64,000 nucleotides of DNA from Calditrichaceae bacterium (GTDB lineage: Bacteria; Calditrichota; Calditrichia; Calditrichales; JBFXGD01), in the NCBI GenBank assembly GCA_050173015.1, contig JBFXLE010000008.1, positions 32,584 through 96,583 on the forward strand. The letters run 5' to 3'. The position numbers and the translations under genes are program-made. This document shows positions 29,829-39,119 of the stretch, in pieces; the stretch's first letter is position 1; each line of letters begins with the position of its first letter. The notes beneath the pieces are model-generated. The model worked only from the letters and a program-made list of their open reading frames with translations. It was not told the origin of the DNA and did not search any database.

Positions 29829-32573
29829 CTACTTAACGACCGCTTTTTTTTGCTTCTTTGACAATTCAAATGCTTTCGACAGAATCGCCTGTTGTTCCGC
29901 GATGTGCGTTTTATAGTAACCGGTGGCCGGGCTCGCGCTTTCGTCTCTCGAAATGACTTCCAGCGGAACGCTTTTATATTTCCGATTTATAAATGACCAG
30001 GCTCCGCTGTTCTCAGGTTCTTCCTGAACCCAGATGAGGCGCTCAGCCTTTTTATACTTTTTGACGATGAACTCCAATTCGTTCTGCGGAAGCGGATAAA
30101 GTTGTTCGACGCGCACAATAGCCACATCTTTTCTTGCTTCTTCCTGCTTCTTTGCCAACAGTTCATAGTATATTTTCCCGGAACAGAACAATATACGATT
30201 TACATCAGTCGGATCCGCGGATTCATCATCAATGACTCTTTTGAACCCGATTTCTGTAAAATCCCTGAGATCACTGACACAAAGAGGATTCCGTAATAAA
30301 CTTTTTGGCGTAAACGCAACGAGAGGCACCCGGAACGGATACTTCATGTGCATTCGTAACGCATGGAAAAGATTGGCAGGTGTGGTACAGTTAATCACCT
30401 GCATATTATCGTGCGCGCATAGAGAAAGAAATCGTTCAATCCTTGCTGATGAGTGTTCCGGCCCCTGTCCTTCATACCCGTGCGGCAAATATAAAACAAG
30501 TCCGTTGCTGCGGTTCCATTTGGCTTCGGAACTGGATATAAACTGATCTATAATAATTTGCGCCCCGTTGTTAAAATCCCCGAATTGCGCTTCCCAAACG
30601 ACAAGTCCGTCCGGATTTGCGCATGAATAACCGTATTCAAAACCAAGAACCGCGTATTCCGACAGGAGTGAATCGATTATTTGGAACCGGGCCTGGTTTT
30701 CGCCCACATTATTCAGGGGAGAATATTCATCTTCCGTCTCTTCATCTCTAATAATAGCATGACGGTGTGAAAAAGTTCCTCTTTCAGAATCCTGACCGCT
30801 TATACGCACCGGCACCCCTTCATCGAGAAGAGTTGCATACGCGAGCATTTCGCCGATTGCCCAGTCAAAATTCTGCCCTGCCGTGAAACGACTAAAACGT
30901 TCTTCATAAAGCTTCTTAATTTTACTAAAGGGCTTAAATTGTTCAGGTATCGAGAACAGATTTTTCCCGATCTCGAGCAACTTTTTCTTGTCAACTCTGG
31001 TTTCCGGAATCGGATCGAATATCTGTCCGGCCTGACGCGTTTTTAGATCGCAATCATCCGAAAAAGTAGGAGAAGTCTTACCATATTTTTTGGCTTTTGC
31101 CTGCTCAAGGTCTTCCTGAAGCATCTGTCGGAATTGCTTCTCCATCTCCCTGGCCATATTTTTTTCAACACTTCCCGTTTTAAGAAGTTTTTCGTTATAA
31201 ATTTCTCTCGGATTGGGGTGTTTCGCGATGGTTTTATATAATTTTGGTTGAGTGAATCGCGGTTCGTCGCCTTCATTATGTCCGTATCGGCGGTAACCAA
31301 GAAGATCTATAAACACATCCGTATGAAAAATCTGACGGTATTCCATCGCTATTTGAACAGCAAGAACGACGGCTTCGGCATCATCCGCGTTCACATGAAA
31401 AACAGGCGACAGAGTCACTTTGGCCACATCCGTACAATAAGTGCTGGAGCGGCCATCAAGATAATTTGTTGTAAATCCCAATTGATTATTCACCACGAGA
31501 TGTATTGTACCGCCGGTCCGGTACCCTTTGAGCAGTGACATTTGAATAACTTCAAATACCACACCCTGAGCGGCAATCGCAGCGTCTCCATGAATCAGAA
31601 CAGGAGCAATTTTGCTCTCATCACCGTCATATTTTGAATCAATTTTAGCTCGTACCATACCTTCAACAACGGGATCGACCGCTTCCAGGTGGGACGGATT
31701 TGGCGCGAGTCCCAATTTGACTCTTTTACCGTTTTGAGTTGTCACCTCGGATGTATATCCCAGATGGTATTTCACATCCCCGGCGAAAACCGCGTCGGCA
31801 TACTCTTCGCCTTCAAATTCCGAAAATATCTCCTCATAGTCCTTGTTTAAGATATTCGAGAGGACATTTAACCGTCCCCGGTGCGGCATCCCGATCATAA
31901 ATTCTTCAATTCCAAGTTCGGCGCCTTTCTCAATCATGGCATCCAGACCCGGGATTAGCGTTTCCCCACCCTGAAGAGAAAACCGTTTTTGGCCGACATA
32001 TTTTGTATGCAGAAAATTTTCGAACACAGCAGCCTGATTTAACTTTTGAAGTATCCTTTGTTTTTGTTCGATGGAAAAATCAGGTCGGTTACGTGTTGAT
32101 TCAAATTTTTCCTGCAACCATTTCACTCTTTCAGGCTTGCGTATAAAAGCGTACTCCGCGCCGATTGATTTGCAGTACGTTTCTTCCAAATGATCAATGA
32201 TTTGTCTCAAAGTTGCCGGCCCGATACCGATTTCTGTGCCCGCCTGAAATACGGTTTCTAAATCATTTTCAATCAGGTTGAAATTTTCAATGGCCAGAGT
32301 AGGGCTGTATTTACGGCGATTTCGTACAGGATTTGTTTTTGTAAAAAAATGCCCCCTTGTTCTGTAACCGTTAATCAGGTTCAAAACAGCTAACTCTTTT
32401 TGACTGGATTGGGGCAGGCTCTCACCCGGGGCGTTATTAAGTTTAGCGAATTCAAATCCGTCAAAAAATTTGCGCCAGCTTTCTTCCACTGACTCAGGAT
32501 TCTGTTTGTATTCCCTGTATAACTGATCAATATATTCCGGGTGCGCGTTATCGATATATGAGTAATTATCCAT
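29829..32573 (-). CDS. sucA: 2-oxoglutarate dehydrogenase E1
   Basis: KRFSLQG, GMPHRGRLN, NPSHLE, HGDAA ThDP motif, GHNEGDEP, WEAQFGDF, GQGPEHSS. Confidence 0.98.
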   Translation of the reverse strand: MDNYSYIDNAHPEYIDQLYREYKQNPESVEESWRKFFDGFEFAKLNNAPGESLPQSSQKELAVLNLINGYRTRGHFFTKTNPVRNRRKYSPTLAIENFNLIENDLETVFQAGTEIGIGPATLRQIIDHLEETYCKSIGAEYAFIRKPERVKWLQEKFESTRNRPDFSIEQKQRILQKLNQAAVFENFLHTKYVGQKRFSLQGGETLIPGLDAMIEKGAELGIEEFMIGMPHRGRLNVLSNILNKDYEEIFSEFEGEEYADAVFAGDVKYHLGYTSEVTTQNGKRVKLGLAPNPSHLEAVDPVVEGMVRAKIDSKYDGDESKIAPVLIHGDAAIAAQGVVFEVIQMSLLKGYRTGGTIHLVVNNQLGFTTNYLDGRSSTYCTDVAKVTLSPVFHVNADDAEAVVLAVQIAMEYRQIFHTDVFIDLLGYRRYGHNEGDEPRFTQPKLYKTIAKHPNPREIYNEKLLKTGSVEKNMAREMEKQFRQMLQEDLEQAKAKKYGKTSPTFSDDCDLKTRQAGQIFDPIPETRVDKKKLLEIGKNLFSIPEQFKPFSKIKKLYEERFSRFTAGQNFDWAIGEMLAYATLLDEGVPVRISGQDSERGTFSHRHAIIRDEETEDEYSPLNNVGENQARFQIIDSLLSEYAVLGFEYGYSCANPDGLVVWEAQFGDFNNGAQIIIDQFISSSEAKWNRSNGLVLYLPHGYEGQGPEHSSARIERFLSLCAHDNMQVINCTTPANLFHALRMHMKYPFRVPLVAFTPKSLLRNPLCVSDLRDFTEIGFKRVIDDESADPTDVNRILFCSGKIYYELLAKKQEEARKDVAIVRVEQLYPLPQNELEFIVKKYKKAERLIWVQEEPENSGAWSFINRKYKSVPLEVISRDESASPATGYYKTHIAEQQAILSKAFELSKKQKKAVVK

Positions 32574-32794
32574 CGAGTTAAATGTTCCTTCGTTTTATTT
32601 GATTTTATAATTGAAGTCCGCCTTCAGATCCGGGCTATTTTTCTGAATGAATAGTATTTCATGATACAACGATTTATCATTTCTAATGTTTCGCTTATTT
32701 GATTATGGGTGTTTTGAACCAACTGATGTTATTGTATAAATTCCAAATTCATATACACCAATGCCGAAATACATTCAGGTCTTTGTACATTATG

Positions 32795-32989
32795 CTATTT
32801 TTGATGCACAAGAGCAGCGCAAGGTGCATTTTTTGTCACATATTTTTTTAGAAAATCACAATACAACGCAACAAATGTCCTGCAGGAACCGGACCCATCG
32901 ATCGCCTCTTTCTCCGGGAATCGGGCATACCGGCATTTAAGATCACACCATTTAATCTTTTTAACATCATCATGATCCGGTAAGCTCAT
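32795..32989 (-). CDS. Small Cys-rich hypothetical protein (64 aa)
   Basis: Intergenic, GGAG SD 9 nt before the ATG, five Cys (WCDLKC, SC, YC, PC). Confidence 0.7.
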   Translation of the reverse strand: MSLPDHDDVKKIKWCDLKCRYARFPEKEAIDGSGSCRTFVALYCDFLKKYVTKNAPCAALVHQK

Positions 32990-33090
32990 TTATTTAACTC
33001 CGGGAATATAAAATAATATAGATCATAACAGCCATTTATTACAATATAATTCCTTGATTGCGGAAAACAAGAATTTAACTATCAGAACTA

Positions 33091-33119
33091 TTGACAAATG
33101 CCTTTACTCTGAGTATAAT
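33091..33119 (+). promoter_or_regulatory. Perfect-consensus sigma70 promoter of yitT-ROK
   Basis: TTGACA-N17-TATAAT, 41 nt upstream of the ATG at 33161. Confidence 0.85.
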
Positions 33120-33160
33120 GGCCGCTTTGATTACTACTTCAGTTAATACAGGATTAAGCA

Positions 33161-34093
33161 ATGCGAAGAATTTTTAAAAACAGAACCTTCCGGGACTATT
33201 TGTTCATCACGGTCGGCTCAATCTTGATGGCCATCGGAATAGGTGTATTTCTTGTCGACGCGAGAGTTGTCCCGGGAGGCGTGTCGGGATTCGCGATGGC
33301 TCTCCATTATCTTTCGGGAAATCAATTACCCGTGGGATTAATGATCTGGATATTTAATATCCCTCTTTACATCTGGGGATTGAAAGCTCTTGGATCAAGA
33401 TTTGGAGTAAGAACATTTTACGGATTTTCGGTCAATTCCTTCTTTATTGATTTTTTCCGTGGGGATATTCCGGGATTGTCACAATTCGCGTTAAATACAA
33501 CGGATACAATAAAAGATTTGATGCAGAATGATTTTTTGTTTCTGATTCTTATCGGATCGGCTTTGTTGGGTGTCGGACTTGGCCTTGTTTTTAAATTCAA
33601 AGGAACAACCGGTGGATCCGATATTGTCGCCGCGATTTTTCAGAAACGATATGGCGCGAAACCCGGTCAGGTAATTTTGATGATTGATTTTTTGGTAATC
33701 ATTCTCGCCGGACTCATAATTTATTTCAAAGATTTATCTCCCGACCGGCCGGCCATGTCACTCACTTTTTATTCATTTTTTCTGGTGTTTGTCTCGGCCA
33801 GAATAATTGATATTATACTTGACGGGTTTGATTATGCTCGTTCCGCGTATATTATATCGGAAAAACATGATCTGATTGCCGAACAGATCATGGCTAAACT
33901 GAGCAGGGGCGCCACGGCCCTGAAAGGTCGCGGATTATATAAAAATGTTGACCGGGAAATTCTTGTCACGGTCATCACACGCAGGGAAATCGGAATTCTT
34001 GAAGAAATTATCGAAGATATCGACCCTGACGCGTTTGTAATCATCAATACGGTCCATGAAGTACGTGGAGAAGGATTTCGTCGCAGAATTTAG
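33161..34093 (+). CDS. YitT-family membrane protein (C-terminal PII-like DUF2179)
   Basis: PGGVSG, FNIPL, TTGGSDI, RGAT..GRGLY, DPDAFVII..VHEVRGEGF. Confidence 0.92.
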   Translation: MRRIFKNRTFRDYLFITVGSILMAIGIGVFLVDARVVPGGVSGFAMALHYLSGNQLPVGLMIWIFNIPLYIWGLKALGSRFGVRTFYGFSVNSFFIDFFRGDIPGLSQFALNTTDTIKDLMQNDFLFLILIGSALLGVGLGLVFKFKGTTGGSDIVAAIFQKRYGAKPGQVILMIDFLVIILAGLIIYFKDLSPDRPAMSLTFYSFFLVFVSARIIDIILDGFDYARSAYIISEKHDLIAEQIMAKLSRGATALKGRGLYKNVDREILVTVITRREIGILEEIIEDIDPDAFVIINTVHEVRGEGFRRRI

Positions 34094-34145
34094 TGTTCAA
34101 GGGATTTCCTTACTATTTATTCAATGAAAAAAAGGCTGGAATTCC

Positions 34146-35099
34146 ATGAAGTCAGGTACCCCGCTACATATCGGAATTGACCTGGGCGGCACCAAAATGG
34201 AAGGCGTCGTATTAATGCCGGGTTTTCAACAATCTGAAAATCTGGATGATTTTGTAATAATCCGCGAACGAATTCCCACTTTTGCGGAAAATGGCTATGA
34301 ATTTATTTTAAACCGGACCGCGAATTATATTTTCGAGCTTGTAAAAGATGCAGGAGCCGAACTAAACCGAACAACTATAGGAATTGGATTACCGGGTGCG
34401 GTATCCAGAACAACCGGGCTGGTTAAAAATTCCAACACAACTTGTCTGATAGGCAAAGACTTCCGTGGTGATCTGCAGAATATATTGCAATACCCTGCCG
34501 GCTTTGAGAATGACGCGAATTGTTTCGCCCTGGCAGAATCGACCTGGGGAGCGGGCAAAGGAAGTGACCTGGTATTTGGAGCGATTATCGGGACGGGGGT
34601 TGGCGGAGGCCTGATTTACAGGGGAGAAATACTTCAGGGAAGACAGAATATTGCCGGGGAATGGGGTCACTCACTTTTAATCCCTGACGGACACGAATGC
34701 TATTGCGGAAAGAAAGGATGTGTGGAAACCTATCTTAGCGGACCGGCTATGGAAAACTATCTTCTAAAACCCGAAGGCATTAATTCCCCGGCGAAAGAAT
34801 TTAATCACCTTTATGACGAGACCAATGATCTCACAAACAGGATTATTGATTCTTATTGTAATTATTTTGGAATAGCTATGGGTAACCTTATAAACATCCT
34901 TGATCCTGATATCATAGTGATTGGCGGGGGTGTCAGCAATTTCCGGTTTTTATATGACAAGGGGATTGACGCTGTAAAGAAGAACGTTTTCAATGATGAA
35001 CTTCTCTCGGAGATTAAGCAGGCGGAATTAGGGGATTCAGCAGGGGTATTTGGAGCTGCCCTGGTTGGTTTGCAACAGGATCAAAAAAAAGGCCGCTGA
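34146..35099 (+). CDS. ROK-family kinase (Mak/fructokinase-like)
   Basis: GIDLGGTK, VKNSNT, ENDANCFALAE, IIGTGVGGG, GEWGH, CYCGKKGCVE, GDSAGVFGAA. Confidence 0.92.
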   Translation: MKSGTPLHIGIDLGGTKMEGVVLMPGFQQSENLDDFVIIRERIPTFAENGYEFILNRTANYIFELVKDAGAELNRTTIGIGLPGAVSRTTGLVKNSNTTCLIGKDFRGDLQNILQYPAGFENDANCFALAESTWGAGKGSDLVFGAIIGTGVGGGLIYRGEILQGRQNIAGEWGHSLLIPDGHECYCGKKGCVETYLSGPAMENYLLKPEGINSPAKEFNHLYDETNDLTNRIIDSYCNYFGIAMGNLINILDPDIIVIGGGVSNFRFLYDKGIDAVKKNVFNDELLSEIKQAELGDSAGVFGAALVGLQQDQKKGR

Positions 35100-35109
35100 T
35101 TAGCGGCCT
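35083..35109 (-). terminator. Intrinsic terminator for the minus-strand lipoprotein/barrel pair, overlapping the ROK stop codon
   Basis: A8-GGCCGCT-GATT-AGCGGCCT; the U-run is on the minus strand. Confidence 0.75.
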
Positions 35110-35126
35110 CATAAATTTACAATCCT

Positions 35127-36413
35127 TTAAAAAAGCAATTTCATACTCAATGCCGTAAACAGACCATTTGAAGAAGACGGCCACATCGCTTTGTTCATCG
35201 CGTAGGAATAATCAAAGCGGAAATGAGAAAAATTCAAACCGATTCCCATCCCATACAGGAATCCCACTCGTCCTCCGACAGCCATTCCCGTCCTCAGCGG
35301 CAGCCATTTTAGCGGAAAGTACTCTGCACCCACACCGACCCGTGGGGTGGTCGAGTTTCCGAACTCCTCATTCAATCCCTGTTGCCACTCAGCGGTTAGA
35401 GTCAGATTATCAAACATTTGGAATGCCGCCCCCATAGACATTTTTGCCGGTAAGTTGGTTTTGAACGAACCCGCCGAATAAGTCGTATCGACCGAAACAG
35501 AATGATCTTCATCAGAATCCTCATAGACATTAGTGGAATCCGATTCAATGATGACATTCATTTCCGTATTCTTATCCCAATTGATGCTGGCGAGGACATT
35601 TGTAAAACTTAGCGAAAAGGTCCAGACATCATCAAAAACGGCGCTGGCGCCGAGATCAAAACCAAATCCCCCCCCGGAGAATGGTTCTGATTCCGGAGTC
35701 GCGGTCCGGTATTCCATCTGAAGATTTGTTTTTGCGGTTTCTGAATCAATTTTTTCGAGCAAAACATCCGAGGTCAGCGACTGCGCGACGGCAATTCCGA
35801 GATAATAATTGACATTCATGCCGACAGCCAGATCGGAAAATCCGGGAAGATAATCTTCAATATCGATCAGATGCGCGTATCCGAACGACAACTTCATCGC
35901 GGCATAGGCATCCACATCAAAAAAATTGGAATCGTGATACAAATATTCACGGCTGAGATCTTCTCCGAAGAGGACAATTTCAAACGGCTTTTTTGGCATC
36001 GTGGCTTTGCTGCTGCTTATAATCTGACTGCTAAAACCAAACCGGTCATAGGCAATACCAAACAGATTAGTGGTAATATCGGAATATAACTTAAATCCGT
36101 CATCCGGAATTAAATCCAGAATAGCCTCTTTGTCTGAACGGTTCCAGTGGCCGTTATTACCTTCATCCGTAAAATATTCATTATAATCGTTAATCGAAAA
36201 ACTGCTATTGAAAATGGAAGCATTGAGCGAAAAAAGATTTAACTCTAATGTATTCTCCCTTTCCAGCGCGAGATTTGCAGGATTCAACGCCATCGCAGAA
36301 ATACCTCTGCTTAGCGCCATATAGTTTCCCGCCATCCCAAGACTTGCGCCATCAACTCCCTGCCCGAAGACAGTAGAAGCAATTAATATCATTAAAATGA
36401 TTAAATTCTTCAT
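35127..36413 (-). CDS. Outer-membrane beta-barrel protein (DUF5723/TraF/PorV/FadL-like)
   Basis: Signal peptide; ASLGMAGNY..NPANLA FadL-like N-terminus; GFGFDLG, LPAKMSMG, LPLRTG; C-terminal Phe. Confidence 0.7.
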   Translation of the reverse strand: MKNLIILMILIASTVFGQGVDGASLGMAGNYMALSRGISAMALNPANLALERENTLELNLFSLNASIFNSSFSINDYNEYFTDEGNNGHWNRSDKEAILDLIPDDGFKLYSDITTNLFGIAYDRFGFSSQIISSSKATMPKKPFEIVLFGEDLSREYLYHDSNFFDVDAYAAMKLSFGYAHLIDIEDYLPGFSDLAVGMNVNYYLGIAVAQSLTSDVLLEKIDSETAKTNLQMEYRTATPESEPFSGGGFGFDLGASAVFDDVWTFSLSFTNVLASINWDKNTEMNVIIESDSTNVYEDSDEDHSVSVDTTYSAGSFKTNLPAKMSMGAAFQMFDNLTLTAEWQQGLNEEFGNSTTPRVGVGAEYFPLKWLPLRTGMAVGGRVGFLYGMGIGLNFSHFRFDYSYAMNKAMWPSSSNGLFTALSMKLLF

Positions 36414-36429
36414 AACTTTCCTTATTTTA

Positions 36430-38529
36430 TTAATCCTCAGGATCGATCAGAACATCAATATAAAGTACACCGCCGACTATCAGCTCATCATCCTTACGGA
36501 AAGAAACTGACGATTCCGTCGGTTGAACTTCCACCAGGGTGCCTACATAAATCGGATCATACTGAAAGATATCAATCTGTCTTTCAGTCAATTTGATCCG
36601 ATTCGCGCTTTTCACCCGTGTATTCACATACCCGTCCTGATCTGCAACACCCGGTTCGACACTGCTTGAAATGATGACTTTTTTCGATGAATCTGTTATA
36701 ACGTCCGAATAAAAATCAGTCGTATCCGTCGCGATGAACAATCTTACATTGGCCCCCAAAGGAAGTCCGTTGTCCAGGTTTAATTGAGCATCCACATTCG
36801 TAAAATATTTATCAATATCATCGCGCTGATCCCGGTCAAGATCATCCTCGGTAATTAATTCAATTTCACCTTTATACACAATACTATTCTCAATGATGAC
36901 GGAGAGGGGTGATTCAATATAATAATTGACCCAGAATTTATCATCGAGAGACACACTTCCGGCGCCTTCTATTATCGCGCGGCCGGAGACGATGATATCT
37001 GTCGGCAATATGGCCATCAGATCCACAATACTTGGTGAAGTGGATTCTGAATCGATGATTATCGTCGTTTTTGCAGCATTACCCGATGCACCGCGTCCGA
37101 CAACTTCTGTGATATGAATCTGCACCGAATCAGTAATAGTGTTGGTTTCAGCAGCCTTGTGATACCCGGTTATATCCAGTTCAAGAGAAATATCATAATT
37201 AATTTCATTAAACGCGTCTATAGTCAGGATCAGTTTATCCAAAGTGATATTACCGTCCACATTGGCGACGTCAAGCAAATCATTTTCTTCAACCGGTTCG
37301 ATATCAATGATAACCGGTTGGATGCTTCCTTCAAAATATGAGAAATAAATGGAATCTGAAGTAAAATCAACTGTCACTGAATCATCAGAAGTGATTTGGA
37401 CATACCCGCCGCTCTCTTTTGAAACAGCATAAATTTCATAAATTATATTTTCAATCGGCTGGCCTGGATCTTCGTCATGCTGAAATTGGAGATCTTTTAA
37501 GTCCAGCAAGATGTTTGTTTGCTGACCCGCGAGAACTGATTCTACAACCTTCTTCGGATTGTTCTGCTGATCCACAAAATTCGGCAAAGTCAATTCAATA
37601 TCCAGATCCACCGAAAGGTTGTTATTCAGATTGGCGTTTAAGATTCCTTTATCGACCGATGCTATATAGGCGATGTCACCGTCAAGATCCAGTGCAACCG
37701 AATCTCTTTCCGAAATTTCCTGAGATGGCACTATAGCTTCCGCGCTTGAAACCTTCATGTCTGAAATCAGCACTTCGCTATAATAGTGGCTGTCCAGATC
37801 ATCTTGTGTGAGAGTGATAGGACCGCCGGTTCCGGCAATCGGAATAGAATATTCCAGCCGTAATTCGTTCGATATATATTTTCCGGCCAGATCGGATAAA
37901 TCGCTTTCCCCGAACGTGTTCGAAGGAATCGGATCACTAAAAAGTACGGTATCGATCAGTCCTCCATCCGGATCCCCCGAACGAGTATCATCAAATATAG
38001 TGATATACATCCCGCTCTCAATGTCCACAATCAAACTGTTGTAGAATTTAATCTGTAATGAAGCCGAATCGATGGCAACATAATGATAATCATCCATCTC
38101 TACGTACTGTGACGCGGGTTCAAGTGTCAGCGGATCTATTTGGACTGTCTGCCCGGCCGAAAGATTCATATCTGAAAATAATTCAGAAAAAGAAACGTTT
38201 CCGGTTAGTTCAGCCGGCGGAGCGTTAAGATTTACTGTGCCTATTGATTCCGCGTAATGATCATCATCAGGATCGAACGCCATCTCAGCGGGATCTATCT
38301 TTTCGGGTTCCGTAGAATCGGATATACTGATCACAATTATCGAGTCGCCTGTTAACGCGTCAAAACCCGTAACAACCGTAGAATCATTTATTATATCTTC
38401 CATGGTCATATTTTCGGCGGGAAATTCGATCGCCCACTGGCTGTTCCAGGTAGGTAGACTCGGCTCATTAACCGTACAGGCGCTAAAAAAACCCGTCACG
38501 GCTATCACTATTATTAACCTGTTCAGCAT
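36430..38529 (-). CDS. Large acidic lipoprotein of unknown function with internal beta-rich repeats
   Basis: Lipobox FSAC; 699 aa, D/E/I/V/S-rich; 16 nt upstream of the barrel gene. Confidence 0.75.
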   Translation of the reverse strand: MLNRLIIVIAVTGFFSACTVNEPSLPTWNSQWAIEFPAENMTMEDIINDSTVVTGFDALTGDSIIVISISDSTEPEKIDPAEMAFDPDDDHYAESIGTVNLNAPPAELTGNVSFSELFSDMNLSAGQTVQIDPLTLEPASQYVEMDDYHYVAIDSASLQIKFYNSLIVDIESGMYITIFDDTRSGDPDGGLIDTVLFSDPIPSNTFGESDLSDLAGKYISNELRLEYSIPIAGTGGPITLTQDDLDSHYYSEVLISDMKVSSAEAIVPSQEISERDSVALDLDGDIAYIASVDKGILNANLNNNLSVDLDIELTLPNFVDQQNNPKKVVESVLAGQQTNILLDLKDLQFQHDEDPGQPIENIIYEIYAVSKESGGYVQITSDDSVTVDFTSDSIYFSYFEGSIQPVIIDIEPVEENDLLDVANVDGNITLDKLILTIDAFNEINYDISLELDITGYHKAAETNTITDSVQIHITEVVGRGASGNAAKTTIIIDSESTSPSIVDLMAILPTDIIVSGRAIIEGAGSVSLDDKFWVNYYIESPLSVIIENSIVYKGEIELITEDDLDRDQRDDIDKYFTNVDAQLNLDNGLPLGANVRLFIATDTTDFYSDVITDSSKKVIISSSVEPGVADQDGYVNTRVKSANRIKLTERQIDIFQYDPIYVGTLVEVQPTESSVSFRKDDELIVGGVLYIDVLIDPED

Positions 38530-38673
38530 AAAAATCCTTTCAAATCATTAAATATTAAATAATCGGACATACTTTAATTTATATCGACAAAAAACTTTAA
38601 GGCTTTATCGTTCTGGCTATTTTTATTAATTTCCGGTAGGTTTTAATATTAAAATAGCAGAGAATTCAAAAAA

Positions 38674-39105
38674 GTGAATGACCGCTATCACATTTTCGAT
38701 CATACCGCTGATGCCGGGATTGAAATTTCGGGAAGAACCATCACCGGACTTTTCATCACCGCGGCGGCGGGAATGTACCAAATTATTGGTATCTCCGATG
38801 CCTACAGCGGCACATCTATAACCAGGATGAAATTAATAGAACCGACTACGGAAGATTTACTTGTTTCTTTCCTGAACGAATTAAATTATCTTTTAACGGT
38901 AAGAAATAAAATTTTTTGTCCCATTATGAATCTTACCATCGAACCTATCGGGAATGATTTATTATTAAACGCGTCAGCCGGAACGTATAATTTAAGCCAA
39001 TCAGATTTGTCCGGATTAAAGGAAATAAAATCCGTCACCTACCATCAGCTCCGTATAGTAAGGGAACAAGGTGAATATCATGCACGTGTTATATTTGATA
39101 TTTAA
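38674..39105 (+). CDS. Archease
   Basis: FDHTADAG, LLVSFLNEL, EIKSVTYHQL, C-terminal VIFDI; immediately upstream of rtcB. Confidence 0.93.
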   Translation: MNDRYHIFDHTADAGIEISGRTITGLFITAAAGMYQIIGISDAYSGTSITRMKLIEPTTEDLLVSFLNELNYLLTVRNKIFCPIMNLTIEPIGNDLLLNASAGTYNLSQSDLSGLKEIKSVTYHQLRIVREQGEYHARVIFDI

Positions 39106-39119
39106 TTCGGGGGAATGTT

